From: Octopus vulgaris
Taxonomy: Eukaryota
Direction of reading: 5' to 3'
DNA: 64,000 nt
Assembly (NCBI GenBank): GCA_951406725.2
Contig: OX597831.1
Coordinates: 11,842,001 to 11,906,000, forward strand
A program made the translations under genes and the position numbers. Shown piece by piece: positions 29,639-43,579 of this stretch. The notes beneath the pieces are model-generated. The model was not told the origin of the DNA. It saw only the letters and a list, made by a program, of their open reading frames with translations, and made no database searches. Each line of letters opens with the position of its first letter. The stretch's first letter is position 1.

Positions 29639-30247
29639 CTGTGTATGCATGTATGTATATGCCGGATTTCTTTCCGTTTCCGTGTACCAAATCCACTGAC
29701 AGGTCTTGGTGGTCGGTCCGAAGCTATAGTAGAACACGGGACCATGAAATTGGGAACCTAAATTGTAACTACACACCCAGTCACTCGCAAACTATACGGC
29801 TTGGCACTATATATATTTATTCTACTTTTCGGTAATTTCTTTGCGTGTCTTTGCATTTGCAAGCAGACGTAGACATCCTCTCGACTCTCTCACTCCTTGC
29901 TCCACAGAAACGTACATGATGTAATATCTAAAGGAAGACGGGCGGTGCTGGGGCTTATTTCCACCTAAGCCCCACCGTATAACATCTTGAGTAACGACTA
30001 AATAACTTCCAAAAGGAAACGAAAACAAACTATTACTGAATGTAGTGCTTGATGTGTAGAATGACGGATACCCACGTCTGTGTGGCTTTCGTTATAGGTA
30101 CGTTCACCCTCGACTGAACTGAGGATTAGCATCATCATATATATTATATATATTACGTTTCATTGTGGAATCATCTGCGTCAATCCTTCTCAAAGCTTCC
30201 TCTCTCAGTTAATAATCTGTATAAATAAACGCGAATGACTGCCAAGT

Positions 30248-30480
30248 GGAGGCGCGTGGCTTAGTGGTTAGGGTGTTACACTCATGATTGTAAGGTTGAG
30301 GTTTCGATTCCTGGACCGAGTGATGCGTTGTGTTCTTGAGCAAAACACTTCATTTCACGATGCTGCAGTCCACTCAGCCGGCAAAATGAGTAACCCAACG
30401 ACGGACCGGTGTCGCGTCCGAATTTATACGCCGTGGAAACCGGGAAACCGGTTCTTAACAATCAGCACGACTCGAGAAGG
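30248..30480 (+). mobile_element. tRNA-derived CORE/V-type SINE (family D)
   Basis: ggaggcgcgtggcttagtggttaggg (A box), ggtttcgattcc (B box), tgtgttcttgagcaaaacactt core. Confidence 0.8.
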
Positions 30481-30496
30481 TTAAATTTTTTTTTCC

Positions 30497-30622
30497 TTCC
30501 CAACCACATGGTACTGGGTTCAATTCCACTGCGTGGCACCTTGGGCAAGTGTCTTCCACTATAGCCTCGGGCCGACCAAAGCCTTGTGAGTGGATATGGT
30601 AGACGGAAACTGTAAGCCCGTC

Positions 30623-30678
<56 letters not shown>

Positions 30679-30870
30679 GTGTGTGTGTTTGTCTCCCAAA
30701 CATCGCTTAACAACCGATGCTGGTATGTTTACGTCCCCGTAACTTAGCGATTCGGCAAAAGAAACTGATAGAATAAGTACTAGCCGTAGAAAGAATCGGT
30801 TCTGGGGTCGATTTACTCGACTAAAGGCAGTGCTTCAGCATGGCCGCAGTCGAATGACTGAAGTAGGTAA
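30497..30870 (+). mobile_element. SINE family A (5'-truncated)
   Basis: ccaaccacatggtactgggttcaattccactgcgtggcaccttgggcaagtg...gcatggccgcagtcgaatgactgaa. Confidence 0.9.
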
Positions 30871-31168
30871 AAAAAAAAGTAACTCGATTGATATTTTTTT
30901 TATTCAGGTTTATAGTCGCCTGACACGCTTTAGTAAATTCCTTTCGATTGCTTATTTTGAGTCGATTGTATATAACTTCTTGATAAGCCGTTCTATATAT
31001 TTCTATTTTTATTTGCATATATATTGTTTACCTTCTGTGTTTTTTATGTATGTATTTTGTTTATATTTTGAAGGCCATGGTAATATTTATACCTGATCAA
31101 ATTTGTATGGAAGCGTGGTATTATATAAAGTTGTTGACTCGAATTTCATGTTTGTTTTCTAGTCAATG

Positions 31169-31215
<47 letters not shown>

Positions 31216-31242
31216 GGCCAACTGATGATGTTTCTCTTTTTT

Positions 31243-31329
31243 TCCCCTGATGAGAAGATCGCATTGTTTTACATCGTTTTACTCCCTCTGAAATAATACC
31301 AATGTTTTCTTCGAAACATATGTCGGAAG
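31243..31329 (+). ncRNA. type-I hammerhead ribozyme motif, best-preserved copy
   Basis: tccc-CTGATGA(31247)-gaaga...tcttc-GAAA(31313)-catatg-TC(31323-24)-ggaa; 5-bp stem II, palindromic stem III, GUC triplet. Confidence 0.7.
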
Positions 31330-31409
31330 TATAAAGATTTGGATAACACCTGCGTTTAACTCTATTTCTTTATTTATATATACATATATATATATATATA
31401 AATATATAT

Positions 31410-31496
31410 AATTTTTTTTGTAATGAGATAAAACTCCAAGGCTGGTTCTAAAATCTACACAGCCTTGTTTTTTTTATCTCATTACGAAAAAAAATT
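31410..31496. repeat. imperfect inverted repeat (about 35-bp arms)
   Basis: aattttttttgtaatgagataaaa..caaggctg / cagccttg..ttttatctcattacgaaaaaaaatt. Confidence 0.8.
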
Positions 31497-31809
31497 TATT
31501 ATATACACACGTTGATATATGACCTAAATTGGACCCTTTATTCGCATAATCACCGAACCTGGAACTTAACTATGGTCTATCCATACCACTTATTCAGCAT
31601 TACCTGACACCTTTCGGTCTCACTGATACCATTACCTCTCATAACCTCTGTGTGTATGTGTGTGTGTGTGTGCATACAAATTAACCCCACTATTTAATTT
31701 TTAAGTCTTGTAGTTATTCTATCGGCCTCTTTTACTGAGCTGCTAAGTCACAAAGATGCAAATGAATCAGCACCGATTGTGAAGCGGTGGATGGAACACG
31801 CACAAACAG

Positions 31810-31847
<38 letters not shown>

Positions 31848-31939
31848 GCACACACACACATACACATACACATATATACATTTACAACGAGCTTCGCACA
31901 GTTTCCGTCTAACAAATTCTCTCTACTATATCCCAGGGT

Positions 31940-32001
<62 letters not shown>

Positions 32002-32982
32002 AGTGTGTGTGTTTGTGTGTAATATACACACACAACGAAGAGACACAGCAGAAGAGAGAGAGAGAGAGAGATGTGTGAAAAAGAAAAAAGAAAACGCAGG
32101 AAACGGTGTGTCTGTCTAGCATAAATAGGAAGGCTTTACCTAATTAATCGGCGCGTAATATTCTTACAGAATGGCCTGTCTTTAATGAAACCAAATAGTT
32201 TTCACACCAACTTGAAGAAGAAGAAGAAGAAGAAGAAGAAGAAGAAGAAGAAGAAGAAGAAGAAGAAGAAGAACTCTCCTCTCCCAACGTGACACTCATT
32301 AATAACCAAAAATGACATTTGCCTTCTTCTCTGCCCCTCTTTCTCATCACCCTTCAATAACTCATTGATTCTTTCTTCTTTGCCCTTTTCTTTTTCTTCT
32401 TTTTTCTCTTTCTATTCTCTCTTTCTTCTTCGTCATCCTTTTCTTATTCTCTTTCTCTCCCTCTTCTTATTATTCATCTTCCTTTTTTGCGTCTACTTTG
32501 TCTACTTCTTGCTTGTCTTCATTTTCTTTACCCTCCGTATCCTCTTTCCAATAATGCTATCGCCTTCTTATTCTCCTTCTTCCCTTTTTCCTTCTTTCTC
32601 CACTCCTTCTTCCTCCTCTCCTTTTTCCTTTTTCTCTCCTTCTTCTTCCCCTCTGTCTTCCTCCTCTTCTTCCACCTGTCCTTCTTCCTCTCCTTCCCCT
32701 CTTTTCCTTTTTCTCTTTCTCTATCTCTTCTTCTTCATCTTCCTCTTCTTATTCTTCTTCTTTTTATTCTTCTTCTTCTTCTTCTTCTCTTCTTCTTCTT
32801 CTTCTTCTTTTTCTTCTTCTTTTTCTTCTTCCTCTTCCTTCTCTTCCTCCTCCTCCTCTTCCATTCAGCTTCTCATCTTTGTTCTGTCTCCCTTACTGTC
32901 CATCATCCATACTCATGGCTGGCTGGCTGGCTGGATGGATGGATGGATGGATGGACAAACGGACGGGTGGAGAGCGGGGAAG

Positions 32983-33069
<87 letters not shown>

Positions 33070-33148
33070 CAGACAGAAAACACATGTTTGTTTTTAAAAA
33101 AACGCAAAGCACACCAATGGAAGCCCATTCTATAACAATACACTTCAC

Positions 33149-33397
33149 CAGTGGTTCTCAATCATGTTTTCCCTATCGACTCATTGGTTCCTCTTTTACT
33201 CGGATACCCCAAACCCCACCAAGCCATTTGGTTTTTTTTAAATCCTATAATATTTTTATAATTAAATATCATTAGGAAAATTGTATAAAAATAATAATTA
33301 AAATATTTTGTTTATTGTAGAAATATCATTAATTTATTGCATGTAAATTTTTAACAACAATCCCTTATTTGGCCCCCACCCCCAAAGAGAACCACTG
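33149..33397. mobile_element. hAT (Charlie-like) MITE
   Basis: TIRs cagtggttctc / gagaaccactg; 8-bp flanks cacttcac/aactgcat (5/8). Confidence 0.75.
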
Positions 33398-34567
33398 AAC
33401 TGCATAAACTGTGGTACTTCTTAGTGTAGTGTATAATTCTAGGACACCGATTGGTCAGATACAGATGTGAATCTAATTAATTAATTTTATGGAAGAACAT
33501 AGCTATTACTTCGCTGTACTATTAGGAACTCACGAGTATGAAGTAAATCCCCAAAGTAATACATATCTGAATAGATTAGTCAACCGGTGGGTGTTTTTTT
33601 TAATGAATTATTCAGAAAAATAATGCCAGCGTTTATCTCCCTTTTCAGAGCCACTATGACAAGCGAGCGTTAAGAAAAGATGGCGCAATTCCCACGAGTT
33701 GCTGCAGTTTTAATCAGTGCATGAGAACATCCAGCTATTTTTCCTTAGAAAAGGCAAAATGATCTTCAATATTTGTAACGAAATGGATTCTGTTAAACCT
33801 TTCAAGTCCACCACAGAGATGCTACGGTAGACGGGAAATCTAATGCAATAATCGAACGAGAATTCATTTGTAGGACCGGAACAAAGCGATTAAAGATGAT
33901 TATAGAAATAAAGCTCTCGACTCTAATCACAGAATAACATTTGTTCCACCTCGTAAGAACCCGAACCTGTACAGGCCAATGTGGGAGTCTTCATATGGCT
34001 CTGTTAGAAATAGTAGCGATATCTCCCTCAAATCACATGCTATAGTCAGTGAAAAACGCTTATTAGAATAACTAATCTCGCCTTATGAGCTTTCATCATA
34101 AATCTTTTCGATCGGGGTCAACAACAACAGAAGCAACAACACCAGCAAGAAGAATATCATCAGCCGAAGATCAGTTTTCTGGAGTAAGACCGAGTGTATT
34201 CCTCACTTAAACGTTCCATTTAATATTTCGGTTTTGACACATGTTCTATAAAAGGTTTCGGTAGATTGAAGCCTTCGGAGTGAAAAATGGATGGCGGAAA
34301 CTGTACGGAAGCCCGTTAGACTGACTTTGATGTTAATGAAAGGCGTAGAGCTGTCCCGCTCAATGGCACGCGGATTCTGTTTCGGGATTATGTTGATGAT
34401 TCACGTGACTGAAATACTTAATCACTTACAAAATACCTGTATAAACTGGAGGGTCCGTTGCTTGAACAATCGATAAAATCATCGTCGAAGACGCCGGAAG
34501 ACCCACATATTTATTTTTTATTCCTATATACAATGCAATATATATTTCATGTGATGTGTGTGTGTAT

Positions 34568-34918
34568 AAACCAAAGGTAGGACAGAATGAACACAACAAG
34601 TGGAAATCAAAAAAACACATGTGGTAAAACAGAAGATAGCATAACACGGCAAACAGGACAAGAGCAAGATATATACGGATTATTTGCAGCCGATTCCCTC
34701 CTCAGCCGGAGACTGGAAAGTCCTTGCAGTTTCGCGCTCTTTTATCTCCGAAACTACAAGGATTTTCCAGACTCCGACTGAGGAGAAAATCGTCTACGCA
34801 TGATCCGTGTATCTTGTTTTTTTTCCTGTTTGCCGTGTTATGCTATCGTCTATTTTACTTCATGTTGTGTTTTGTTGATTTCCGCTTGTTGGGTTCTATC
34901 TGTCCTACCTTTGATTTT
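34568..34918. repeat. about 350-bp imperfect palindrome of two head-to-head Penelope-like terminal repeats
   Basis: caaaggtaggacaga...gatagcataacacggcaaacagga...tccttgcagtttcg is mirrored by cgaaactacaagga...tcctgtttgccgtgttatgctatc...tctgtcctacctttg. Confidence 0.85.
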
Positions 34919-34961
34919 TCCATTCCGCGCTCCGTACAACCTGTTGTTTACTTAGTTATGT

Positions 34962-34992
<31 letters not shown>

Positions 34993-34993
<1 letters not shown>

Positions 34994-35030
34994 ACGCCAC
35001 GCTTCCATTTCCAAGTATACACACACACAC

Positions 35031-35076
<46 letters not shown>

Positions 35077-35128
35077 GTGTGTGTATGTGTGTATGTGTGT
35101 GTGTACTTGGAAATGGAAGCGTGGCGTT
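34993..35128. repeat. palindrome with perfect 25-bp unique arms around (CA)n-(AT)n-(TG)n
   Basis: aacgccacgcttccatttccaagta / tacttggaaatggaagcgtggcgtt. Confidence 0.95.
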
Positions 35129-35140
35129 CAATGAGATAAT

Positions 35141-35180
<40 letters not shown>

Positions 35181-35190
35181 CAATAAAATT

Positions 35191-35257
<67 letters not shown>

Positions 35258-35330
35258 ATACATATTATTTATTATTATATATATAAGTATGTATGTAAAT
35301 GTTATATCTATCTGTCTATCTATCTATATA

Positions 35331-35393
<63 letters not shown>

Positions 35394-35889
35394 CGGGAAG
35401 CTTTATGAAAATAGACAAAAGACGAAGGCAGGTATATATATCATCGAAATAAGCAACAAGGATATTCTATTTGGATTATAATAACCCCATTTTGAATTAT
35501 ATGTATAATACCATGCAAAATTCTGGTGCCTTTAACTAAATCTATATATATATAGATTTATATATATATATATATATCAGATATATACTTATAACCGCTT
35601 ATGGGGATATTTTATCCAAGATACACCGGTTTAATATATTATATTTTGAAGGGATGTTCCTTCATTGAATATTTTATATAAAATATCGTGTAATATCAAA
35701 CAATATTATCGAGTTAGAATGTTAATTAACAAATTTATTTGTATCATTTAAATCTGTTTTCTTCCACAATAATATGTATGTGTGTGTGTGTGTGTGTGTG
35801 TGTGAGCATGTATATTTATATGTATACATTCACACATACAAAAGAAAGACTGTCGTATATGCATGTGTGTATATGCGTGGGTATGCATG

Positions 35890-36060
35890 TGTGTGTGTTC
35901 CCCCCTCCCAATCATCGCTTGACAACAAATGCTGGTGCCCGATAGAATGAGTTCTAGGCTTCCGAAGAATAAGTCCTGGGGTCGATTTGCTCGACTAAAG
36001 GCGGTGCTCTAGCATGGCCACAGTCTGATGACTGAAACAGAATAAAAGAATAAAAGAATA
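35890..36060 (+). mobile_element. SINE family A 3' part
   Basis: aataagtcctggggtcgatttgctcgactaaaggcggtgctctagcatggcc...gactgaaacag, (aataaaag)n tail. Confidence 0.85.
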
Positions 36061-36273
36061 CTAGATCGAGGTTCCGCTGCTAATTCACAATGCATTCTCT
36101 AGGAACATATATATAGATAGATATATAGATATGTGTGTGTGTGTGTACATATACGTATATATATATACACACATATATGTGCATGTGTGTGCGTATTTGT
36201 CGAAACTCATCTATCCGTCTCTATTCACATTTAGTTCTTTACTACGAGAAACAAATGACTTAGAAATGCGTTC

Positions 36274-36309
<36 letters not shown>

Positions 36310-36417
36310 CGGAATGGTCATATTGCCAGTTTAGCCAATAAAAACACACGCACTATATATTTGGTGTTATTTTGCTTCAGTGATATTTATTTTTTACATT
36401 AATCTTAATCTTATTTC

Positions 36418-36462
36418 GGCCAAAGTTCTTTCGTCACACTCCTGTGACCGCATCAGTGGTCC
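36418..36462 (-). ncRNA. hammerhead-like motif (variant core)
   Basis: Minus strand ggacca-CTGATGC-g-gtcac-aggagt-gtgac-GAAA-gaac-TT-tggcc; stems I and II pair; A9 is replaced by C. Confidence 0.55.
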
Positions 36463-36524
36463 TTTGTTTTCTTCTCACTTACTTGTGTCTCTCCTTACTA
36501 ACCGTCAGCCATTTTGTATTAAAC

Positions 36525-36582
<58 letters not shown>

Positions 36583-36684
36583 ATATAAATATAATCAACT
36601 AAATAAATAAAACATATGCATATATACATACATATATGTACGTACCTTCCTCTACATGTATATATACATGCATATATGGGTACA

Positions 36685-36855
36685 GGACACCAAAAAAAAC
36701 GTCGAACACAATGAGAAACGAAAACATAGACACAAAACCAAAGAAATGGACATTTTTTTTAAACAACGAAAAAATAGAGTACAGGACATACAAAGCAAGG
36801 AAAATTCCCCTTCTTCAGTCGCCTTAATTTCATCTACTCCACGTTTCGAAGATCG

Positions 36856-36906
<51 letters not shown>

Positions 36907-37020
36907 GGTATGTAGAAAAATACAACATGAACAAGAACGTATAACTCTTAGAAGACGATACAATAAACACGGACAGGACATTCGAAACCCTCAGTCTTCA
37001 GTCAAGAACCGGATCATCGT
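36685..37020 (-). mobile_element. short Penelope-like terminal fragments embedded in (TA)n
   Basis: Minus strand cGAAAcgt...gaCTGAAGAagggg and gaCTGAAGActga...ttcgaatg; similar piece at 56480-56600. Confidence 0.45.
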
Positions 37021-37022
37021 AG

Positions 37023-37063
<41 letters not shown>

Positions 37064-37107
37064 ATATATATATATATATACACATATATATATGTATATA
37101 TTTTTTT

Positions 37108-37489
37108 CTCTTACTTGTTTCAGTCATTTGACTGCGGCCATGCTGGAGTACCGCCTTTAATCGAGCAAAGTGACCCCAGAGCTTATTTTTTCTAAGCCTA
37201 GTACTTATTCTATCGGTCTCTTTTGCCGAACCGCTAAGTTACGGGGACGTAAACATACTACCATCGGTTGTCAAGCGATGTTGCGGGGACAAACAAAGAC
37301 ACGCAAACATCTACACACACATACATATACTTATACGACGGACTTCTTCCAGTTTCTGTCTATCAAATGGACTCACAAGGCTTTGGTCGGTCCGAGGCTA
37401 TAGTAGAGGACAATTGCCCTAGGTGCTACGCAGTGGAACTGAACCCGGGACCATGTGGTTGGTAAGCAATATATATACCACACAGCCAT
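37108..37489 (-). mobile_element. SINE family A
   Basis: Reverse-complement match to the adjacent 37546-37950 copy. Confidence 0.95.
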
Positions 37490-37545
37490 AGAGTGATATA
37501 TAATTCTATATATCACATACACGTAAACAAATGCATATATATATA

Positions 37546-37950
37546 GGCGCAGGAGTGGCTGTGTGGTAAGTAGCTTGCTAACCAACCACATGGTTCCGGG
37601 TTCAATCCCACTGCGTGGCATCTTGGGCAAGTGTCTTCTGCTATAGCCCCGGGCTGACCTATGCCTTGTGAGTGGATTTGGTAGACGGAAACTCAAAGAA
37701 GCCTGTCGTATATATGTATATATATATATGTGTGTGTGTTTGTGTGTCTGTGTTTGTTCCCCTAGCATTGCTTGATAACCGATGCTGGTGTGTTTACGTC
37801 CCCGTCACTTAGCGGTTCGGCAAAAAGAGACCGATAGAATAAGTACTGGGCTTACAAAAAGAATATGTCCCGGGGTCGAGTTGCTCGACTAAAGGCGGTG
37901 CTCCAGCATGGCCGCAGTCAAATGACTGAAACAAGTAAAAGAGTAAAGAG
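37546..37950 (+). mobile_element. SINE family A, full-length reference copy
   Basis: tRNA-like head (tggctgtgtggtaag A box, gggttcaatccc B box), ttgggcaagtgtctt core, internal (TA)(TG) tract, gactgaaacaagtaaaagag tail. Confidence 0.95.
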
Positions 37951-37991
<41 letters not shown>

Positions 37992-38518
37992 AGAAAAGTT
38001 GAGACGTACTGAAAAGGGGCCACGGTATGTCGGCGTTGCATAATTATCTCCGAAAACTAATATCTTTACCAATTCTAAACTACTTTTCTTATCCACAAAT
38101 ATGCATGAACACACAAAAATATGCACACACATACACACACACACACACACTGCCAGATATACATACATACATACATATATACATACACTATTTATATATA
38201 TATATTTATATATGTATATATATACATATATGAATATATATATAAACGTATATGCATATATATATATATATATACATATATATGAATATATACATATATA
38301 TATATATGATTGTATATATGTGCGCGTGTGTGTGTGAGTGCGTGTGTGAATATGTGAATGTATTGTGTATATATATATACATATATATATGTGTGTGTTT
38401 GTGTATGTATATATATACTCACACAAAATATTTCTTTTATTCGACACCTTTATCTTGCCCTTGCTACTACTACCACTCCTACCACCACTACTACCACTCC
38501 TACTACTACTACTACTAT

Positions 38519-38566
<48 letters not shown>

Positions 38567-38705
38567 ACGTAGTATTCGTGTGTCTTTGTGTGTTTTTTTT
38601 TTCACCACCACCTCCGCAATTTACGTTTTCTTTTCTTTTTAGCTTTTTTCACGAGGTACACACTTTTATTTCTATAATTTTTTTCACTGTGTATGCGTAT
38701 ACCTG

Positions 38706-38744
<39 letters not shown>

Positions 38745-39870
38745 ATATATATATGTGTCTGTGTGTGTATGTACCTGTGTGTATATATATATCTTATGTG
38801 TGTGTTGTATTGTTTTTGAGGTAATTATGCTTTACCATCTTTTATTGTCTTTTTTTTATTTGTTTTTGTCTTTTTCTTCTTTTCTAGTCAGTAAATATGT
38901 TTTTCTATTTTCCTTTTTATTTTTATTCCTAATTTTCTTCTTCTTCTTCTTCTTCTTCTTCTTCTTCTTCTTCTTCTTCTTCTCCTCCTCCTCCTCCTCC
39001 TCCCCCTCCTCCTTCTCCAATCATTGTTTGATTCTCCTCTTTCCAGTCTTGAATATTTCATTTTGTTCCATTCCATATCTTTTTGGTATCTTCAACTTCT
39101 AAGACACTTTTGACAATGTCATTTTTTTATTTTTTTTATCTCCATATAATTTATTCTTTTTTTTTCTCTCTCTTTGTTAATCTCTATTATTTCTTTCATT
39201 CTCTTTTGTTTCTGTTTTTTTGTTTTTTTGTTTCTTGTAACTGCATTGGTATTTGTACGTGTGTGTTTGTGTAGGTTTGTCCTCCGATTTTTTGTTGTTG
39301 CTGTTGTTGTTATTTGAGTTGTTATTAATGATGCATTGCTGTTGTTATAGTCATTGTTATTGTTCTTCTTATTGCTGCTGCTGCTGTTGTTGTTGTTGTT
39401 GTTGTTGTGGTTGTTGTTACTTGTGATGCTGCTCTGAAAGTTCTTAGTATTCAAAAGGTTGATGATAATAATGAGGATAACGATAACGCTGATGATGGTG
39501 ATGGTATTGGTTGTGATGATGGTGGTGGTAGTGGTGGTGGTGGTAGTGGCGGCCATGGCGGCGGCGTTGGTAGTGATGTTCGTGGTGATTTTTCGTCTTT
39601 TTGATTTTGTCTTCTACGTTCGATTTTTTTTTTTTTTTTTGCTTTGCCTTTTGTTTTTGGTTCTGCATATTTTTACTTTGTTATTTATTTTCTTTGCTTT
39701 TTTTTTTGCTTTTGTATTGTTTGTTGTGGTTCTTTTATTTTTGTAACCAACAGGCACTGGAAACTTCGGAGACCAATTAGAAGACTAACAATAATTTCTC
39801 CATATATGGACACAGACGTATGTGAATATATATATATATATACTTACATATATATATATGTGTGTGTGTT

Positions 39871-39911
<41 letters not shown>

Positions 39912-39916
39912 ATATG

Positions 39917-39952
<36 letters not shown>

Positions 39953-40108
39953 CATGTCTGCATACTCATTGATAAGAATACATACGTTCATACAAATACT
40001 CACTAATACACACACATACTTATATGTATTTATAAATAAATGTATATACATATACGTATATATATATAACAATATATGTGTGCATATATCTATATATATA
40101 TATATATA

Positions 40109-40151
<43 letters not shown>

Positions 40152-40364
40152 ATATTTATATATATGTATATATGTATGAACAAATATTCGTGTATATATA
40201 TATATATTCATATATATTTATGTATATATATATCTGCATATGTACCTATATTCATGTGTGTGCATGTGTTTGGGTGGGTGTGTGAGATGAGTCGCCGCAT
40301 AAATTTTCGTAAATAGGTAAGCGCTACTATCTAAATCTCCACTCATGTAACCACATCTATCAAA

Positions 40365-40403
<39 letters not shown>

Positions 40404-40512
40404 TAAACAATTCCGACGACATCAACGGCACCCACGATATATATATATATATATATATATACGTATGTATATAAATATATATGTACATATATATACATAT
40501 ATATTTATATAC

Positions 40513-40562
<50 letters not shown>

Positions 40563-40613
40563 GTATGTATATAAATATATATGTACATATATATACATAT
40601 ATACATATGTATG

Positions 40614-40665
<52 letters not shown>

Positions 40666-40913
40666 TATATGTATATATATATATGTATATATATATATGT
40701 GTGTGTGTGTGTATGTATACATATATATATATATATGAAGAGGGGGAAGAAGAAAAGAAAAGGAAGTAAGGGAGACTGATAAGCGAGGGAGGAGGTAAAT
40801 AAAAAGTGAGACCGGTTTTAGAGACAGAGAGACAGAGGGGGGGAAAGGACAGAGCCAAGTACTCAGTGTCATATATTTGGATATCATATAAATATTCGTA
40901 CAACTATATTTGG

Positions 40914-41006
<93 letters not shown>

Positions 41007-41179
41007 ACCAACGTTGTTGAATAGTGCGTACCTTTTTTCCTTTCTGATCTACAGAATGGTCTGCTCACATTTGTCGCGAACCGAGATTATATTAATTTAA
41101 GTTTAGTTCGTAGGACTATAGTTATATGCAAATATGTAGGTGTGTGTATCTATGCGTGTATGCATATAAATGTATGTAC

Positions 41180-41213
<34 letters not shown>

Positions 41214-41285
41214 ATATGCATTTGTATATGTATGTGTGTGTGTGTGTCTGTGTCTCTGTGTGTGTGTGTGTGTGTGTGTGTCTAC

Positions 41286-41317
<32 letters not shown>

Positions 41318-42274
41318 CTGATATGGTAGCGAGCTAAATATCCGGTCTGGAGTCCTGGATATTCCGGTTTTCTGGAGACAGTCTAAATATCTACGTAAAG
41401 TATAAAGAAGGGTATTCATTAATCCAATTAATTTAATTTTTTTTAATATATTATATTATATCACGTGCTCGGCATAATATTGATTAGATGAAAATTACAG
41501 GAAGTAGATAACATGAATTTATTTTACGGAAGCACGTAGAAGTTAATACGAGTGAAAATCAGAATATGGTAAACCTTTATCAGCGCCCTTGATTGAGTAA
41601 AGAACAAAATTATTTTTAACACACCGTATGCAAAAACGCAGTCTGTTTATTTAATCCAGGGTACGGTATATTGTACGATATTTCACATTGTTTCCGGATT
41701 TCTGAAAACCAGAGAAGAAGTCCGGTACTCTGTATATTGTTTTTATTTTATTACACTCGTGCGGTGCCATTACAGAGTTGCATATATTGTATACACAACC
41801 TGTATATACTTCACAAATTGATACGATCCCGTTTCGAAAATGACACGAGTACATGAGATTGACAAGCTGCATCAATGGCGAAATACGTATATGCCGCTCT
41901 TGCAGTCACTTCCAGTCCCGCCTACCTCGAAAGTGGTCAAGCATCTAATTGCACATAGAACATCCAATGCAGTGGTTGTGAAATACCATGATGTTGAAAC
42001 GTACGTAGTTGCCGAATATCCACTTAACTGTACTTGTCGAATATCCACTACATAAATGTACAAGAATGCACATTGTTTGACATAAATGTACAAGAATGTA
42101 CAAGAATGCACATATCAAACAATTGTTTGACATGCAGATATAGAATTATTTGGAGAAGAATTAACTTAAAGATGCGGTCCCCAGGAAAAAAATGATAATT
42201 ATATTAATCAAATTTTATCGAAACAGTTGTCTCTCCAAGCAATCTTTGGGCTTAGGGCACATGGTTAATTCGAT

Positions 42275-42388
<114 letters not shown>

Positions 42389-42403
42389 CACCTAATGGTT
42401 GTT

Positions 42404-42581
42404 TTACCTTCCTGTGACCACAGTGTTATAGGTCCTAGCCACTCTTGGCGTCCTACGTGCTGATGCGCCTAGATTCTACTGAATCCTGTAACAAATGTAT
42501 ATAGGTATACATAAGTAAAACAGCCTCTCTACCATTGAAAATATTTGCCTCTTTCTCTATCTCTCTATCTTTAACTGCTGA

Positions 42582-42628
<47 letters not shown>

Positions 42629-42830
42629 ACCTTCCTGTGACCACAGTGTTATAGGTCCTAGCCACTCTTGGCGTCCTATGTGCTGATGCGCCTAGATTCT
42701 ACTGAATCCTGTAACAAATGTATATAGGTATACATACGTAATACAGCCTCTCTACCATTGAAAATATCTGCCTCTTTCTCTATCTCTCTATCTTTAACTG
42801 CTGACATCTCTCTCTCTCTCTCTCTCTCTT
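42404..42830. repeat. 223-bp tandem duplication of unique sequence plus (CT)n
   Basis: ttaccttcctgtgaccacagtg... at 42404 and 42627, with only a few substitutions. Confidence 0.95.
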
Positions 42831-43004
42831 TCCTTCCTTTTCCCTCTGTCTCTGGCACCCCTTTTGTAGTTCCATATGTCTCAATAATTACATCCTCCTC
42901 ACACTTCCCCTCTCTATATATATGTGCGTGTGCGTACTTAGGTGTGTGTGTGTGTGTGCTTGTTTGTGTGTTCGTGTGTATTTATGTACATGTATATGTA
43001 TGCG

Positions 43005-43106
<102 letters not shown>

Positions 43107-43128
43107 TCTGTCTGTCTGTCTGTCTATA

Positions 43129-43257
<129 letters not shown>

Positions 43258-43526
43258 GTCCGTCTGTCTGTCTCTCTCTCTCTCTGTCTGTCTCTCTCTC
43301 TCTCTATCTATCTATGTCCCGTCCTGTAGTTCTTGTGTCGTCTCTGTGGCGTTTCATGTTCTTGTCCATGTCTGTAATTATTTTTACTGTTTACCTATAT
43401 ATATATGTATATATATATGTATATATATATAAAGAGAGAGAGAGAGAGAGAACTTACATTTGCATGTATATATACACACATATAGGTACATGTATATACT
43501 CTTTTTTGTCTTTTGATTTTTTACTC

Positions 43527-43579
<53 letters not shown>

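Noticed and set aside
41325-42140. Possible DNA-transposon remnant with short ORFs
   Set aside because: No TIR pair, TSD or transposase motif could be established by eye
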